DNA of 64,000 nucleotides from Terriglobia bacterium (GCA_963847515.1 CAWKAA010000007.1:968952-1032951); one strand, 5' to 3'. Positions 10,042 to 20,992 are shown, counted from the stretch's first letter. The notes: generated by a model from the letters alone, not told the origin. A program made the numbers and translations.

Positions 10042-11133
10042 TTATTTGTTCAGCGATGCCAGCCAGTAGCCTGGACGGGTGCGTATCTTGAGGTTCGCGC
10101 GGTTGACGTCGACCACGATCTCGTGGAAACCGCCCTCTGTAGTGTTGTTCGGGCTGTAAGTGATCAGGTATTGGCTGTGGATGTCGTTGCCGACTTTCTC
10201 GATGGCCTCCTCGATCCCTTTCTGCTTGCCGAAGCTGAACTGGGTTCCGCCGGTACCCTGCGTGAAAACCTCGACGGGATTATCCACGAAGATGGCTTTT
10301 GTATCCTTGAAGATTTCCACCAACAGCGGGACGAACTGGGCGGAGGCGCCATCGCTGCCCGTTGTCTGCATAACGGTGGTGGGTGTCGCTGGAACTTGGG
10401 AAGGTATCGAGTGCATGGCGGGCGGCAGGGTGTCCGGGCGCGGGTCCGCCGGACGGGAGGTGAGTCCCGCCATCATTCTTGAAATATCCACCGCGTATAC
10501 GCTCACGTTATTCATCTGAATATCCATGAGTGCATCGCGAACCTTGCCTTCGCTCCCCTTGTCTCGAGTTTCGGAAATCATCAGAAGAATACGCCGGCGA
10601 TTGGCGGGCCGGGAGCGCAGCTTGCGCACAGATTCAATCACGGCATCGATCATGCGGCTGCTGCCGCTACCTGGGGTAATTTTCTTGAGCCCGGCTTCGA
10701 TCTTGTTGGGGTCCGAAGTGAAATCGTCTTGCACCCATCGGAAACGGTGATCGAAGGCCATCACCGCGGCTTCGCCCTGGTCTCCGGTGATTAACGGCTG
10801 AATCATCGCGCCAATTTTGGCGATCTTGGGGAGCATGCCTTCGACGTGATCGTTAGCTTGAATGGCGATAACCAGAGAGATGGGTATAAAGGTAACATCC
10901 ACGTGGATGTTCTGCTCTTTACTGTTATCCAACAGACGGAAATCCTGCGGCTGGAGGCCGCTGACATACTCGCCCTGGCGATTCAGAACGGTAACCGGCG
11001 CCATTACCACATTCACGCCGACGCGGATGGGCTGATCCGAGGCGGCTTCCTGAGCTGGTGCTTGCTGAGCGGATATTGAGGCGCCACCTGCGGCACACAG
11101 CAGCAGGGCAAGTGCAAGTCGGGTGGGTACCAT
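10042..11133 (-). CDS. VWFA-related Acidobacterial domain protein (TIGR03436-like), secreted
   Basis: Signal peptide. Pattern VNVVMAPVTVLNRQGEYVSGLQPQDFRLLDNSKEQNI followed by a VWA-like core (ILLMISETRDKGS). Confidence 0.7.
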   Translation of the reverse strand: MVPTRLALALLLCAAGGASISAQQAPAQEAASDQPIRVGVNVVMAPVTVLNRQGEYVSGLQPQDFRLLDNSKEQNIHVDVTFIPISLVIAIQANDHVEGMLPKIAKIGAMIQPLITGDQGEAAVMAFDHRFRWVQDDFTSDPNKIEAGLKKITPGSGSSRMIDAVIESVRKLRSRPANRRRILLMISETRDKGSEGKVRDALMDIQMNNVSVYAVDISRMMAGLTSRPADPRPDTLPPAMHSIPSQVPATPTTVMQTTGSDGASAQFVPLLVEIFKDTKAIFVDNPVEVFTQGTGGTQFSFGKQKGIEEAIEKVGNDIHSQYLITYSPNNTTEGGFHEIVVDVNRANLKIRTRPGYWLASLNK

Positions 11134-11168
11134 AAATTTCAGACGTTTCGGCTCCAGGCCTCGTTACT

Positions 11169-11654
11169 TTACAACTGATGCTCGGTATGGCCGCTGAGAA
11201 GCTTTAGCACGTGCGGCACCACTTCCACGATAGCATCCAGAGACTCGACTGCGCCCCGGGGCGAACCAGGCAGATTCACAATGAGCACCGGGCCGCGGAT
11301 GCCGGCGATGGCGCGGGAGAGGCTTGCGAAGGGTGTGGAATTGCGTCCGGTGGCGCGCATCAGCTCACCGATACCGGGAATCTCGCGGTCGATGACGGCC
11401 CGCGTGGCCTCCGGAGTGACATCACGCGCGGCCACGCCGGTGCCGCCGGTGGTGAAAATCGCGCACACCTGGCCCGCGTCAGCAACCGCGCTCAGCCGCT
11501 GGCTGATGGCGGGCAACTCGTCGGGAACTACCTCCACCGCGCTCACCGGCCAACCTAATTGTTCAAGACGCGCTTTCACTGCGGGACCGGAGGCGTCCGT
11601 ACGTTTGCCAGCAAAAACAGAATCACTCACGGTAACTACTGACACCGGTTTCAC
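11169..11654 (-). CDS. Molybdenum cofactor biosynthesis protein MogA/MoaB
   Basis: MoaB/MogA fold motifs VTVSDS...GKRTDASG...IFTTGGTG...RDVTPEA. 4-bp overlap with the upstream moaC. Confidence 0.85.
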   Translation of the reverse strand: MKPVSVVTVSDSVFAGKRTDASGPAVKARLEQLGWPVSAVEVVPDELPAISQRLSAVADAGQVCAIFTTGGTGVAARDVTPEATRAVIDREIPGIGELMRATGRNSTPFASLSRAIAGIRGPVLIVNLPGSPRGAVESLDAIVEVVPHVLKLLSGHTEHQL

Positions 11655-12133
11655 CGCGGCTTCCTCGCGGGCGCCCGCCGGAAATCGTCGCTCTTGCCGC
11701 CAGTCTTTTCGAGCAGGTAAAGATCCTGGATTGAAATAGACTTATCAAGCGCCTTGGTCATGTCGTACACGGTCAGCGCCGCGACCGCGGCCGCGGTCAG
11801 GGCTTCCATCTCAACTCCCGTCTGTGCGGTAGTGGCGGCCGTGGCCGTGATACGAACGCCATCCGTCTCCACCTGCACTTCGACATCGGCATGAGAAAGC
11901 ATCAGCGGATGACATAGCGGAATCAGATCCGACGTCTTCTTGGCAGCGGCGATTCCGGCGATGCGGGCGATTTCGAGCGGGTTACCCTTGGGGTTGTCAG
12001 GCAGCCTGGCAAGCACCTCGGGCGCGATGCGAACGAAGGCTTGCGCGCGGGCCGTGCGGCGGGTTTCGGCTTTCTCCGAAATGTCCACCATGCGCGGGCT
12101 GCCCGCGGAATCGTAGTGCGAGAGTTTTTTCAT
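11651..12133 (-). CDS. moaC: Cyclic pyranopterin monophosphate synthase MoaC
   Basis: MoaC signature KGNPLEIARIAGIAAAKKTSDLIPLCHPL...TGVEMEALTAAAVAALTVYDM. Confidence 0.9.
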   Translation of the reverse strand: MKKLSHYDSAGSPRMVDISEKAETRRTARAQAFVRIAPEVLARLPDNPKGNPLEIARIAGIAAAKKTSDLIPLCHPLMLSHADVEVQVETDGVRITATAATTAQTGVEMEALTAAAVAALTVYDMTKALDKSISIQDLYLLEKTGGKSDDFRRAPARKPR

Positions 12134-13323
12134 TTGAGCAGCACCCGCATCCACTCACCAGCCTTCCATTCCGCGCGATCCTCGTCGGCGACCAGAAATG
12201 CATTGGCGCGCGTCAGCGCCGGCACATCCCCCGAGCCGCGCCATCCAATAGGCGTCAATTGCGGGCCGGCAGCAGTCCAGCAAATAGTGGCCGGCAGAAA
12301 ACGCGTGAGCCCGGTCTTGTGGTGGAAATCCCGCGTGAGAGGCGCCCACATCAGGGGAAGGTCGGCCTGCATTTCACCGCCCAGCAACCCGACGGCCGCC
12401 CGAGCGAACAACTCAAAAGTCACCATGGTAGAAGCTGGATTACCCGGCAGACCGAAGAAAAATTTGTTTTGCGCGCGGCCGAAAACAAGGGGCTGTCCGG
12501 GCTGGATCAACACACGGTCAAAGAAGAACTCCGCACCAAGATCGGCCAGCACGCGTTCTACAATGTCATATTTTCCCGCGGACACGCCGCCGGAGATAAG
12601 CAGAAGGTCCGACGTGAGCCCGCGTTCCACCAGACCACGTGTGTCTTCGTACTCGTCCTTCGCGACCCCCAGAATCTCCGGGACGCCGCCAGCGCGGGTC
12701 ACCTGCACCGCCAGCGAGTACACATTCGAGTTGCGAATCTGGAAATCGCGCGGCGTCTCCATCACGGCAACGATCTCGTCGCCAGTTGCGAGCACCGCCA
12801 CTCGCGGCCTCGCGTACACCGCAACTTGCGCTCTGCCCACTGTCGCCAGCAGAGCGATGTCGGCGAAGCCCAGCCGCTTGCCTGGTGTGAGCAAAGCTTC
12901 TCCGGCGCGCGCTTCGCACCCTTGAGGATTGATGAACTGTCCGGGTTCGGCCGCGCGGTCTGTGGCGACATAGCCATCCGGCCCACGCGTTACATGTTCC
13001 ACCATGATCACTGCGTTCGCTCCACGGGGCACCGGAGCGCCGGTCATGATCTCGACGGCTTCTCCGGGGCCAACGGTACCTTCGAAACGCTCGCCGGCAC
13101 GGACCTCGCCTACGACCCGCAGCGTTCCCGGCACATCTTTCGCTTGCACGGCAAATCCGTCGCGAACGGAGCGCGCCAGCGCCGGCAAATCGCGGTCGGC
13201 AACAATGTTCTCCGCCACTACTCGACCGGCCGCGCTCTCCAAAGCAACTTCTTCGGGCGATGCAATGACGCGGCGTCCCGTTACGTGTTCGGTCACGCAC
13301 GCTCGCGCCTCGTCAAACTTCAT
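12130..13323 (-). CDS. moeA: Molybdopterin molybdotransferase MoeA
   Basis: MoeA N-terminal and MoCF_biosynth domains (ILLISGGVSAGKYD, GNPAS). Operon moeA-moaC-mog with ATGA overlaps. Confidence 0.85.
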   Translation of the reverse strand: MKFDEARACVTEHVTGRRVIASPEEVALESAAGRVVAENIVADRDLPALARSVRDGFAVQAKDVPGTLRVVGEVRAGERFEGTVGPGEAVEIMTGAPVPRGANAVIMVEHVTRGPDGYVATDRAAEPGQFINPQGCEARAGEALLTPGKRLGFADIALLATVGRAQVAVYARPRVAVLATGDEIVAVMETPRDFQIRNSNVYSLAVQVTRAGGVPEILGVAKDEYEDTRGLVERGLTSDLLLISGGVSAGKYDIVERVLADLGAEFFFDRVLIQPGQPLVFGRAQNKFFFGLPGNPASTMVTFELFARAAVGLLGGEMQADLPLMWAPLTRDFHHKTGLTRFLPATICWTAAGPQLTPIGWRGSGDVPALTRANAFLVADEDRAEWKAGEWMRVLLK

Positions 13324-13430
13324 GGTGGGCACAAGGTCATTCTATCGGAGCGGGGAGCCTTGCATGCGGCATGCAGCCGCTTCACAATTAGGTCAGAGGA
13401 GAACGGCGGTTTAGGCCGCTGGATCCAGCC

Positions 13431-14090
13431 GTGGAAGACCTCCCATTCCGGGACCGTACTCAAGCCGGTCAAGTACTCGCCAAAAAGCTGGCAGCTTACA
13501 GCGATCGAACGAATGTGATCGTTCTTGCGCTTCCCCGCGGAGGCGTGCTGGTCGGTTATGAAGTAGCCAAGGCCTTACGCGCCCCGCTCGATGTTTTTCT
13601 CGTCCGCAAGCTTGGAGCGCCCGGCCAGGAGGAGCTGGCGATGGGCGCCATCGCCATGGGCGGGATCCGTGTGCTCAATGACGAAGTCGTGAAGCTCCTG
13701 CATATCGATCCGCGTGACATCGAGTCCGTTGCCGCCAAAGAGGGGCGTGAGCTCGCACGCCGCGACCGCTTGTACCGTGGCGCGCGTCCCCGCCCGAACG
13801 TGAAAGGCAATACCGTGATCCTGGTGGACGACGGCTTGGCAACCGGCGCGACCATGCGGGCAGCCGTCGCGGCACTGCGCCAGCAGGGGCCCACAGGCAT
13901 TGTGGTGGCGGTTCCAGTCGCGGCTGTGCAGACCTGCCGCGAGCTTGCCGGCGAGGTGGACGAACTCGTCTGCTGTTGCACCCCCGAGCCTTTTTACTCC
14001 GTGGGATATTGGTACGAGGATTTTTCGCAGGCTCCCGAACAGGAGATTCGCGAATTACTCGATCGCGCGGTGCCGTCACCGGCAAGCTAG
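13431..14090 (+). CDS. Predicted phosphoribosyltransferase (COG1926-type PRTase)
   Basis: FRDRTQAGQVLA...VLALPRGGV...TVILVDDGLATGATMRAAV PRPP-binding loop. GTG start. Confidence 0.8.
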   Translation: MEDLPFRDRTQAGQVLAKKLAAYSDRTNVIVLALPRGGVLVGYEVAKALRAPLDVFLVRKLGAPGQEELAMGAIAMGGIRVLNDEVVKLLHIDPRDIESVAAKEGRELARRDRLYRGARPRPNVKGNTVILVDDGLATGATMRAAVAALRQQGPTGIVVAVPVAAVQTCRELAGEVDELVCCCTPEPFYSVGYWYEDFSQAPEQEIRELLDRAVPSPAS

Positions 14091-14110
14091 TTTAAGTCTA
14101 GTGAGCTGTC

Positions 14111-14776
14111 ATGAACACTGTCGCCGGAGAACGGCCAGTACGGATAGCCGCCGGCACTGCCGACCTGGAAGGAAGCCTGTGTGTACCGAAAGATGCAACA
14201 AGCATCGTCCTGTTCGCGCACGGCAGCGGCAGTAGCCGCCACAGTCCTCGAAATCGGTACGTGGCTCAGGTGCTCCGGCAAGGCGGACTGGCTACGCTGT
14301 TGATGGACCTGCTGACTTCGGCGGAAGAACGCGAGGACGCACGAACGGCGAGGCTGAGGTTCGATATCGACCTCCTGGCACAGCGCCTGGCCGGTGCGAT
14401 CGACTGGCTGGTTGAGAATCCGGCGACATCGAATTTGCGGATTGGCCTGTTCGGCGCCAGCACGGGGGCAGCGGCAGCTCTGGTGGCAGCGGCCGAACGT
14501 CCGGAAGTGGTGGGCGCGGTGGTCTCGCGCGGGGGCCGGCCTGATCTGGCTCTTCCAGTGCTGGGCCGCGTAAAAGCGCCTATTTTGCTCATCGTGGGTA
14601 GCCTGGACCAACCCGTGATCGGCATGAACCGCGAGGCGCTCACTCACTTGCAAACCGAAAAACGCATGGAAATCGTCGCTGGCGCGACCCACCTGTTTGA
14701 AGAGGAAGGGACGCTGGATGAAGTGGCCCGCCTGGCGCGGAAGTGGTTTCGAAGCCACCTGACCGTATATACTTAA
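14111..14776 (+). CDS. Dienelactone hydrolase family alpha/beta hydrolase
   Basis: VLFAHGSGSSRHSPRN...GLFGASTGAAAAL nucleophile elbow...ATHLFEE. Follows the PRTase by 20 bp. Confidence 0.8.
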   Translation: MNTVAGERPVRIAAGTADLEGSLCVPKDATSIVLFAHGSGSSRHSPRNRYVAQVLRQGGLATLLMDLLTSAEEREDARTARLRFDIDLLAQRLAGAIDWLVENPATSNLRIGLFGASTGAAAALVAAAERPEVVGAVVSRGGRPDLALPVLGRVKAPILLIVGSLDQPVIGMNREALTHLQTEKRMEIVAGATHLFEEEGTLDEVARLARKWFRSHLTVYT

Positions 14777-14796
14777 CCAGAGTCGGAGGTGTGTTG

Positions 14797-16125
<1,329 letters not shown>

Positions 16126-16196
16126 CGGCCGCTGAAAAACTGACTTCAAGTACCACGACCGCGTCACCGAGCCGCGACCACAGGGAGCGGTGTTTC

Positions 16197-17369
16197 TTAC
16201 AGCAGGCCGGCGATTCGCCCGACGCCTTCTCGAAGAGTCTCGGCCCCGGTCAGCAGGCTGAGCACCAAGTACGCTTCGGATTCGAAGTCATAAAAAAAGC
16301 CCGGTTGCACGAGCACGTCCTGGTGCTCCAGCACGTCCAGGCACCATTCCTCTTCGGTCTTCGTGCGCGGAACACGCAGCGTGGCATACCATCCGCCCTC
16401 CACTCGTAAGATCTCCGCCGGCGAATGATCTCCGATGGCTGCGCGCAGGTGCTGCACATTTTCGCGCACGCGAGCGGCAATCTGGCTCCGCATATTCTCG
16501 CCTGTCGCGAGCAGCTTCGGTAGCGCGTGCTGCACCGGAGTTCCTACAGAAAGATATGTATCGGCGATGAGTTCGAGCCGTTCGCTGGATTCGGTCCGCA
16601 GAACCGGCGGCCCGCCGATCACGATCCACCCGAGTTTCATCTGCGGCAGCCCGGCGATCTTCGACAAGCCGCTCAAGCAGAAGGTCAGGGCTTCATCGAC
16701 ATGCGCGAGGGATGGAACGCGTTCGGCATCGGGCTCGATCGCATAGTCGGCGAATACCTCATCTGAAATGAGCGCGATGCTGCGCTCGGCGCACAGGGCA
16801 ACCAGGATATCGAGTTCACAACGCTTCACGAAGGAGCCAGTCGGGTTATTCGGATTCACCAGCACGATAGCGCGCGTGCGGCCGCTGATAGCATCGGCCA
16901 GCGCCTCGGTGTCGATAGACCAGCGATCGTGATAAATGAGCGGATAATGTTTCACGTGGACCGATTCCATCTGTGCCAGAAACTCGAACAGTGGATACGA
17001 AGGGCGCGGCACCAACACTTCATCACCAGGATCGGCCAGCAGCTTGAATAGCCATGCGTAAGACTCACTCGTGCTGCTGGTCAGAAGAATGCGGGAAGTC
17101 TCGACAGGCTGGCCGCGCGCGGCATAGTATCCGGCCACGGCTTCCCGCGCGGCTTGCAAACCTGGCGGCTTAGGTTCGTAGACCAGCGAGCGCCCATCCG
17201 CAAACGCTCCAAGGATTTCGTCTGATGGATACGCCAACCCGGCGCGCGTGGGATTGGATTCCGTCAGGTCGAGAATCTTCGCTCCGGCGCGGTGTTTAGC
17301 GTCGAGCGACTGTGCGAGGCGATTCGGACGAAGGTCCCAGTGAAGACGCGATGAGAAGGCCGGGCGCAC
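16197..17369 (-). CDS. Pyridoxal-phosphate-dependent aminotransferase class I/II (AlaT-like)
   Basis: N-terminal FSSRLHWDL..NRL. VLVNPNNPTGS and the PLP-Lys region SLSKIAGLPQMKLGW. Confidence 0.85.
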   Translation of the reverse strand: MRPAFSSRLHWDLRPNRLAQSLDAKHRAGAKILDLTESNPTRAGLAYPSDEILGAFADGRSLVYEPKPPGLQAAREAVAGYYAARGQPVETSRILLTSSTSESYAWLFKLLADPGDEVLVPRPSYPLFEFLAQMESVHVKHYPLIYHDRWSIDTEALADAISGRTRAIVLVNPNNPTGSFVKRCELDILVALCAERSIALISDEVFADYAIEPDAERVPSLAHVDEALTFCLSGLSKIAGLPQMKLGWIVIGGPPVLRTESSERLELIADTYLSVGTPVQHALPKLLATGENMRSQIAARVRENVQHLRAAIGDHSPAEILRVEGGWYATLRVPRTKTEEEWCLDVLEHQDVLVQPGFFYDFESEAYLVLSLLTGAETLREGVGRIAGLL

Positions 17370-17418
17370 CCCTCCATGTTAGTTTGAGTGAATGCCCAAT
17401 CGCTCGTCGCTCAGCGTG

Positions 17419-18798
17419 ATGGCCGCCATGGTTCGCGAGCAGCGGATCTCGCCCACTGAACTCGTGGACGCGCATTTCCGCCAGATCGCGAAACACAATC
17501 CGCAGATCAATGCGTTCGTGTTGCTCCTCGAAGACGAAGCGCGCAACGCTGCCGGGCAGGCCGAGGCCGCCATCATGCGCGGCGACGCGATGGGGCCGCT
17601 GCACGGCGTGCCGGTCACGGTGAAAGACAGTTTCGACATGGCGGGCCTCGCCACGCTGTGCGGCAGCAAGTTTCGCCTGGGCCATCGCGCGGCTGCGGAC
17701 GCGGCGGCGGTGGCACGCATGCGCGCGGCGGGCGCTATCGTTCTGGGTAAGACCAACTGTCCGGAATTTCTTTCCAACTACGAAAGCGACAACTACATTA
17801 CCGGCCGAACGAACAATCCCTGGAATCTCGAGCGCACTCCGGGCGGATCGAGCGGGGGCGAAGCAGCAGCGATTGCCGCGTTCTTCTCGGCCGGCGGCAT
17901 CGGCAGCGACGGCGGCGGCTCGGTTCGCATCCCGGCGCACTTCTGCGGCATCGCGGGCCTCAAGCCGACACCGGGCCGCGTGTCCGCCGCGGGCCACTTT
18001 CCCCTCATCGGCCATCCTGGCGGATTGATGGGCGTGGCCGGCCCAATGGCCCGAACCGCGAACGATGTTCGACTGTTGTTCAGCGTTCTCGCCGGATACG
18101 ATTCGCAAGATCCTTTCTCCGCCCCGGTGCCCCTGCGCGAGCCGAGTATCGAAAATATGCGGATCGGGCTCATGGAGCAGTTCTATGAAGTGCCCGTGGA
18201 ACCAGAAACAAGCGAGGTCGTGCGCAAAGCCGCGCTGATGCTCGAGAGGATCGGGTTCAAGGTCGAGGCTTTCAAACCGCGGGGCCTGGAGCGGGCACCG
18301 AACCTGTGGTGGTTTTTCTTTGGCCAACTGCCGGCGCGATTAACCAAGCAGCTTTTCGAAGGACGCGAGCAGGATGCCCATTGGACGGGAACCGAGTTCC
18401 TTGCAGCGTCGCTCGAACAACCGGAACCATCGGCCAACGATGTGCTCCTGAACCTGGCCGTGCGCGATCGCATGCGCGCCGCGCTGTTACGCGAGATGGA
18501 AAGCGTTCCACTCATTCTTTCGCCAGTTTGCGGAGTTCCTGCATTCCGCCATCGCGAGCGGAAATGGAAAACGGACAGCCGGCCGATCGGTCTATTTGAG
18601 GCCATGATGCCGGTGACACCGTGGAACCTGCTCGGCATGCCGGCGGTAACGATTCCGTTTGGCATGTCGGCGGACGGGTTGCCGATCGGAGTGCAATTGA
18701 TCGGGCGGCCTTATGAAGAGGAGGTGATCCTGCAAGTCGCGGTGCGGCTTGAGGAAGCGCGCGGGGTGTTTCCGGGGCCCCCGGGATTTGGAGGGTAG
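17419..18798 (+). CDS. Amidase (amidase signature family)
   Basis: AS signature GGSSGGEAAAIAAFFSAGGIGSDGGGSVRIPA. Start chosen at the internal Met (MAAMVREQRISPTELV), because the ORF-track start 17392 would lie only 22 bp from the divergent aminotransferase. Confidence 0.8.
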   Translation: MAAMVREQRISPTELVDAHFRQIAKHNPQINAFVLLLEDEARNAAGQAEAAIMRGDAMGPLHGVPVTVKDSFDMAGLATLCGSKFRLGHRAAADAAAVARMRAAGAIVLGKTNCPEFLSNYESDNYITGRTNNPWNLERTPGGSSGGEAAAIAAFFSAGGIGSDGGGSVRIPAHFCGIAGLKPTPGRVSAAGHFPLIGHPGGLMGVAGPMARTANDVRLLFSVLAGYDSQDPFSAPVPLREPSIENMRIGLMEQFYEVPVEPETSEVVRKAALMLERIGFKVEAFKPRGLERAPNLWWFFFGQLPARLTKQLFEGREQDAHWTGTEFLAASLEQPEPSANDVLLNLAVRDRMRAALLREMESVPLILSPVCGVPAFRHRERKWKTDSRPIGLFEAMMPVTPWNLLGMPAVTIPFGMSADGLPIGVQLIGRPYEEEVILQVAVRLEEARGVFPGPPGFGG

Positions 18799-18986
18799 TA
18801 ACCCAGGTCATGAGGTATTCGTGGCTCGATTGCGGGGAGCAGCGCGCGAGCGTTGCTGGATCCCCTTTTGGGGACTCTGGGGGCAGCATGTCCAGCAAAG
18901 TTGTCGCCTCGGAAGCGCTATAATTCCATTATGGAGCTGCGATAGGCGACGTGGAATACCGTGGCTCGTCGACGGCTTCAGAAGGC

Positions 18987-19592
18987 ATGGGTGTTTCCGT
19001 TTTACCGACAATTGCACTCCGGCGTTTCAAGCCTTCTGATCGCGCTGACGTCACATCGTTGCTAACGGATCTCCCTGCTCTTTACCCGGAAGGGGCCAAA
19101 TGGCTACAGCGTCGGCTAGACGACGTCATCGAGAACCGAGCGCGGTGTACGTTGGCAGTTTGTCACACCGCAATCTTAGGTGCGACAATCGAGACCCCCA
19201 AGGGTATAAGGCATATGAAGCTCTCCACTATCTTCGTGCGGCCAGCCGTGCGAAAACGTGGTGTTGGCTCCCTGCTGATTGACGACTGCCGTCGTCGCTG
19301 GGAGCTGTCCGACTTGGACGATGTTACTGTAACGGTGGCCTGGATGCGGCTTCCGGAGGTGACTCCGCTGTTCCGGCGCGCAGGTTTTGAAATGGTCGCC
19401 ATTGAACAGGCCCGCTATGGAAATGAACGCGATGAGGCAGTCCTTCGATGGTGCGGTTCACCGCACCTCACGTCGAGTAGCGATGTCGATCAGGCCGGAG
19501 CTCGCCGATGCAATCTACAATGGCACAAAATGCTTCGAATTCAGACGGTGTTACGTTCGGATTCCTGTGGGTTCGATAGTCCTCCTCTATGA
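18987..19592 (+). CDS. GNAT family N-acetyltransferase
   Basis: Motif A-like KLSTIFVRPAVRKRGVGSLLI. GC about 55%, below the local average. C-terminal ~35 aa overlap the next gene in another frame. Confidence 0.65.
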   Translation: MGVSVLPTIALRRFKPSDRADVTSLLTDLPALYPEGAKWLQRRLDDVIENRARCTLAVCHTAILGATIETPKGIRHMKLSTIFVRPAVRKRGVGSLLIDDCRRRWELSDLDDVTVTVAWMRLPEVTPLFRRAGFEMVAIEQARYGNERDEAVLRWCGSPHLTSSSDVDQAGARRCNLQWHKMLRIQTVLRSDSCGFDSPPL

Positions 19593-19821
19593 GATACGGC
19601 CCGTGGCGCGAATTACCGGCCAATTCACGGTAGCTGAGGTGATTTTTGGGCTACCCCACCACCTGATCGAACTTGAGTCAAACTGCGTCGCCCGGGAATG
19701 CGCAGTTGCTTACCTGGCGGGGGCCCTGCGGGCTTCTGCCCTTCGAATCGAATCACCGGGAAGGTGGGCGACTCCGATTCGGATGACCAACCCCCCTCAA
19801 TCATATCGTTTCGTAGACTGA
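19483..19821 (+). CDS. ASCH (ASC-1 homology, PUA-like) domain protein
   Basis: ELADAIYNGTKCFEFRR matches the ASCH G-x-K-x-x-E-x-R motif. About 110 aa beta-barrel-sized domain. Start uncertain (alternatives 19387 and 19417). Confidence 0.55.
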   Translation: MSIRPELADAIYNGTKCFEFRRCYVRIPVGSIVLLYEIRPVARITGQFTVAEVIFGLPHHLIELESNCVARECAVAYLAGALRASALRIESPGRWATPIRMTNPPQSYRFVD

Positions 19822-19826
19822 CATCC

Positions 19827-20891
19827 ATGTCCTACTTCGCCGTTGTCAAGACCATCGACGGCAAGTCGCTCGAAGTTCGCCACTGCCACATCAATCTCTG
19901 GTCGCTCCCTGGTCTAATGCGCCGCAAGATGTACTTTGATATTGGCATTCACTTGGTCGCCCTCGAGGATGGACTGAACAAAATTGATATCGTCGTACCG
20001 TTCGTAGCCGAGTCTCTCTCGGATCTATCGAGCACTCTGTATGATCCGGTGACTTCACAGCTAATCTTTCGTCGTGAATCGATCAACGGCAAACTGTTTT
20101 TTGGAGATGTTGGAGGTCTCGATATAGGCGCCCTCAATGAAGAAGAGTGCAAGCCTGGCCGCAGCAGGCATTCAGACCGCAGTCTGTGGCACCTATCCTT
20201 TCCGGGCTTGCACAAGGACGACCAGCGCTACATCAGGTTACGCCTTGCGATTCGGGATTGTGCTCGCATGTGGAACGTAAAGCAGCACGTGTTTCTGAAA
20301 TATGGTGCGCTGCTGGATTTTAGAGTGGCGGATACTCGGGAGGCACCCGGCGATCCATACTGGGACGGTGTCAGGAGCCGAATTGTACCGTTGTCTGATC
20401 TGCAGTTTTTTGTAATCGCACCGCTGGCGTTTCAAATGCAAGGTGCCAGTCCCCAGCTCAGTACTTCGCGTATTCTGGAAGGCGATTCCTGGGAATCGTA
20501 CTTGCGGCGCAAAACCCGCGGCGAGCGATTCGTAATCTATCAATGGAACTACAGCCAGACAACGCCAAAAGAGCCGATCGACACAAAAAGACCCTACCGC
20601 GTGTTCTTGGACTTGAGCAGAGAGGACCTAAGCGTATCCGTGCCGGTTAGCCTACAAAGCACGGTTGTCTCTCTGTGCCTCCTCGGAATTCTCGTGCCGG
20701 CAATTTGGTGGACGTTCGTCCGCCTTACGCCACAGGGCATAGAAGCTATCGTTCTGAAGGTCGGCATACCATTAACCGCCACTGGAATAATCTCGTGGAT
20801 TGTTGGCAAGATGGGCGCAGCGAAGAAAATCGTTGCCGCTATCGGCCGCATGATCCTACGCCTCGATGGTTGGCGGTACCGGCACGACTAG
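19827..20891 (+). CDS. Hypothetical protein, no recognisable domain: ~290-aa N-terminal soluble region + C-terminal two-TM module
   Basis: ATG 5 bp after the ASCH stop. GC about 50-52% against a ~62% background. Hydrophobic helices VVSLCLLGILVPAIWWTFV and VGIPLTATGIISWIVGKMGAAKKIVAAIG at the C-terminus. Confidence 0.6.
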   Translation: MSYFAVVKTIDGKSLEVRHCHINLWSLPGLMRRKMYFDIGIHLVALEDGLNKIDIVVPFVAESLSDLSSTLYDPVTSQLIFRRESINGKLFFGDVGGLDIGALNEEECKPGRSRHSDRSLWHLSFPGLHKDDQRYIRLRLAIRDCARMWNVKQHVFLKYGALLDFRVADTREAPGDPYWDGVRSRIVPLSDLQFFVIAPLAFQMQGASPQLSTSRILEGDSWESYLRRKTRGERFVIYQWNYSQTTPKEPIDTKRPYRVFLDLSREDLSVSVPVSLQSTVVSLCLLGILVPAIWWTFVRLTPQGIEAIVLKVGIPLTATGIISWIVGKMGAAKKIVAAIGRMILRLDGWRYRHD

Positions 20892-20992
20892 GTACATACG
20901 GTCCCCCGTTTGTCTTCCCGCGGTGGGCCGAGTCCACATGATGCGTCGAGCCGGTCCTCGAAGCGCCAGCGCCTATCGGGCCAAGTTGCAAC

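Noticed and set aside
12259-13518. 419-aa ORF on the plus strand
   Set aside because: Antisense to moeA, which has clear family motifs. Arg/His-rich composition. GC artefact.
17296-18327. 343-aa minus-strand ORF
   Set aside because: Antisense to the amidase (AS signature on the plus strand). Compositionally biased.
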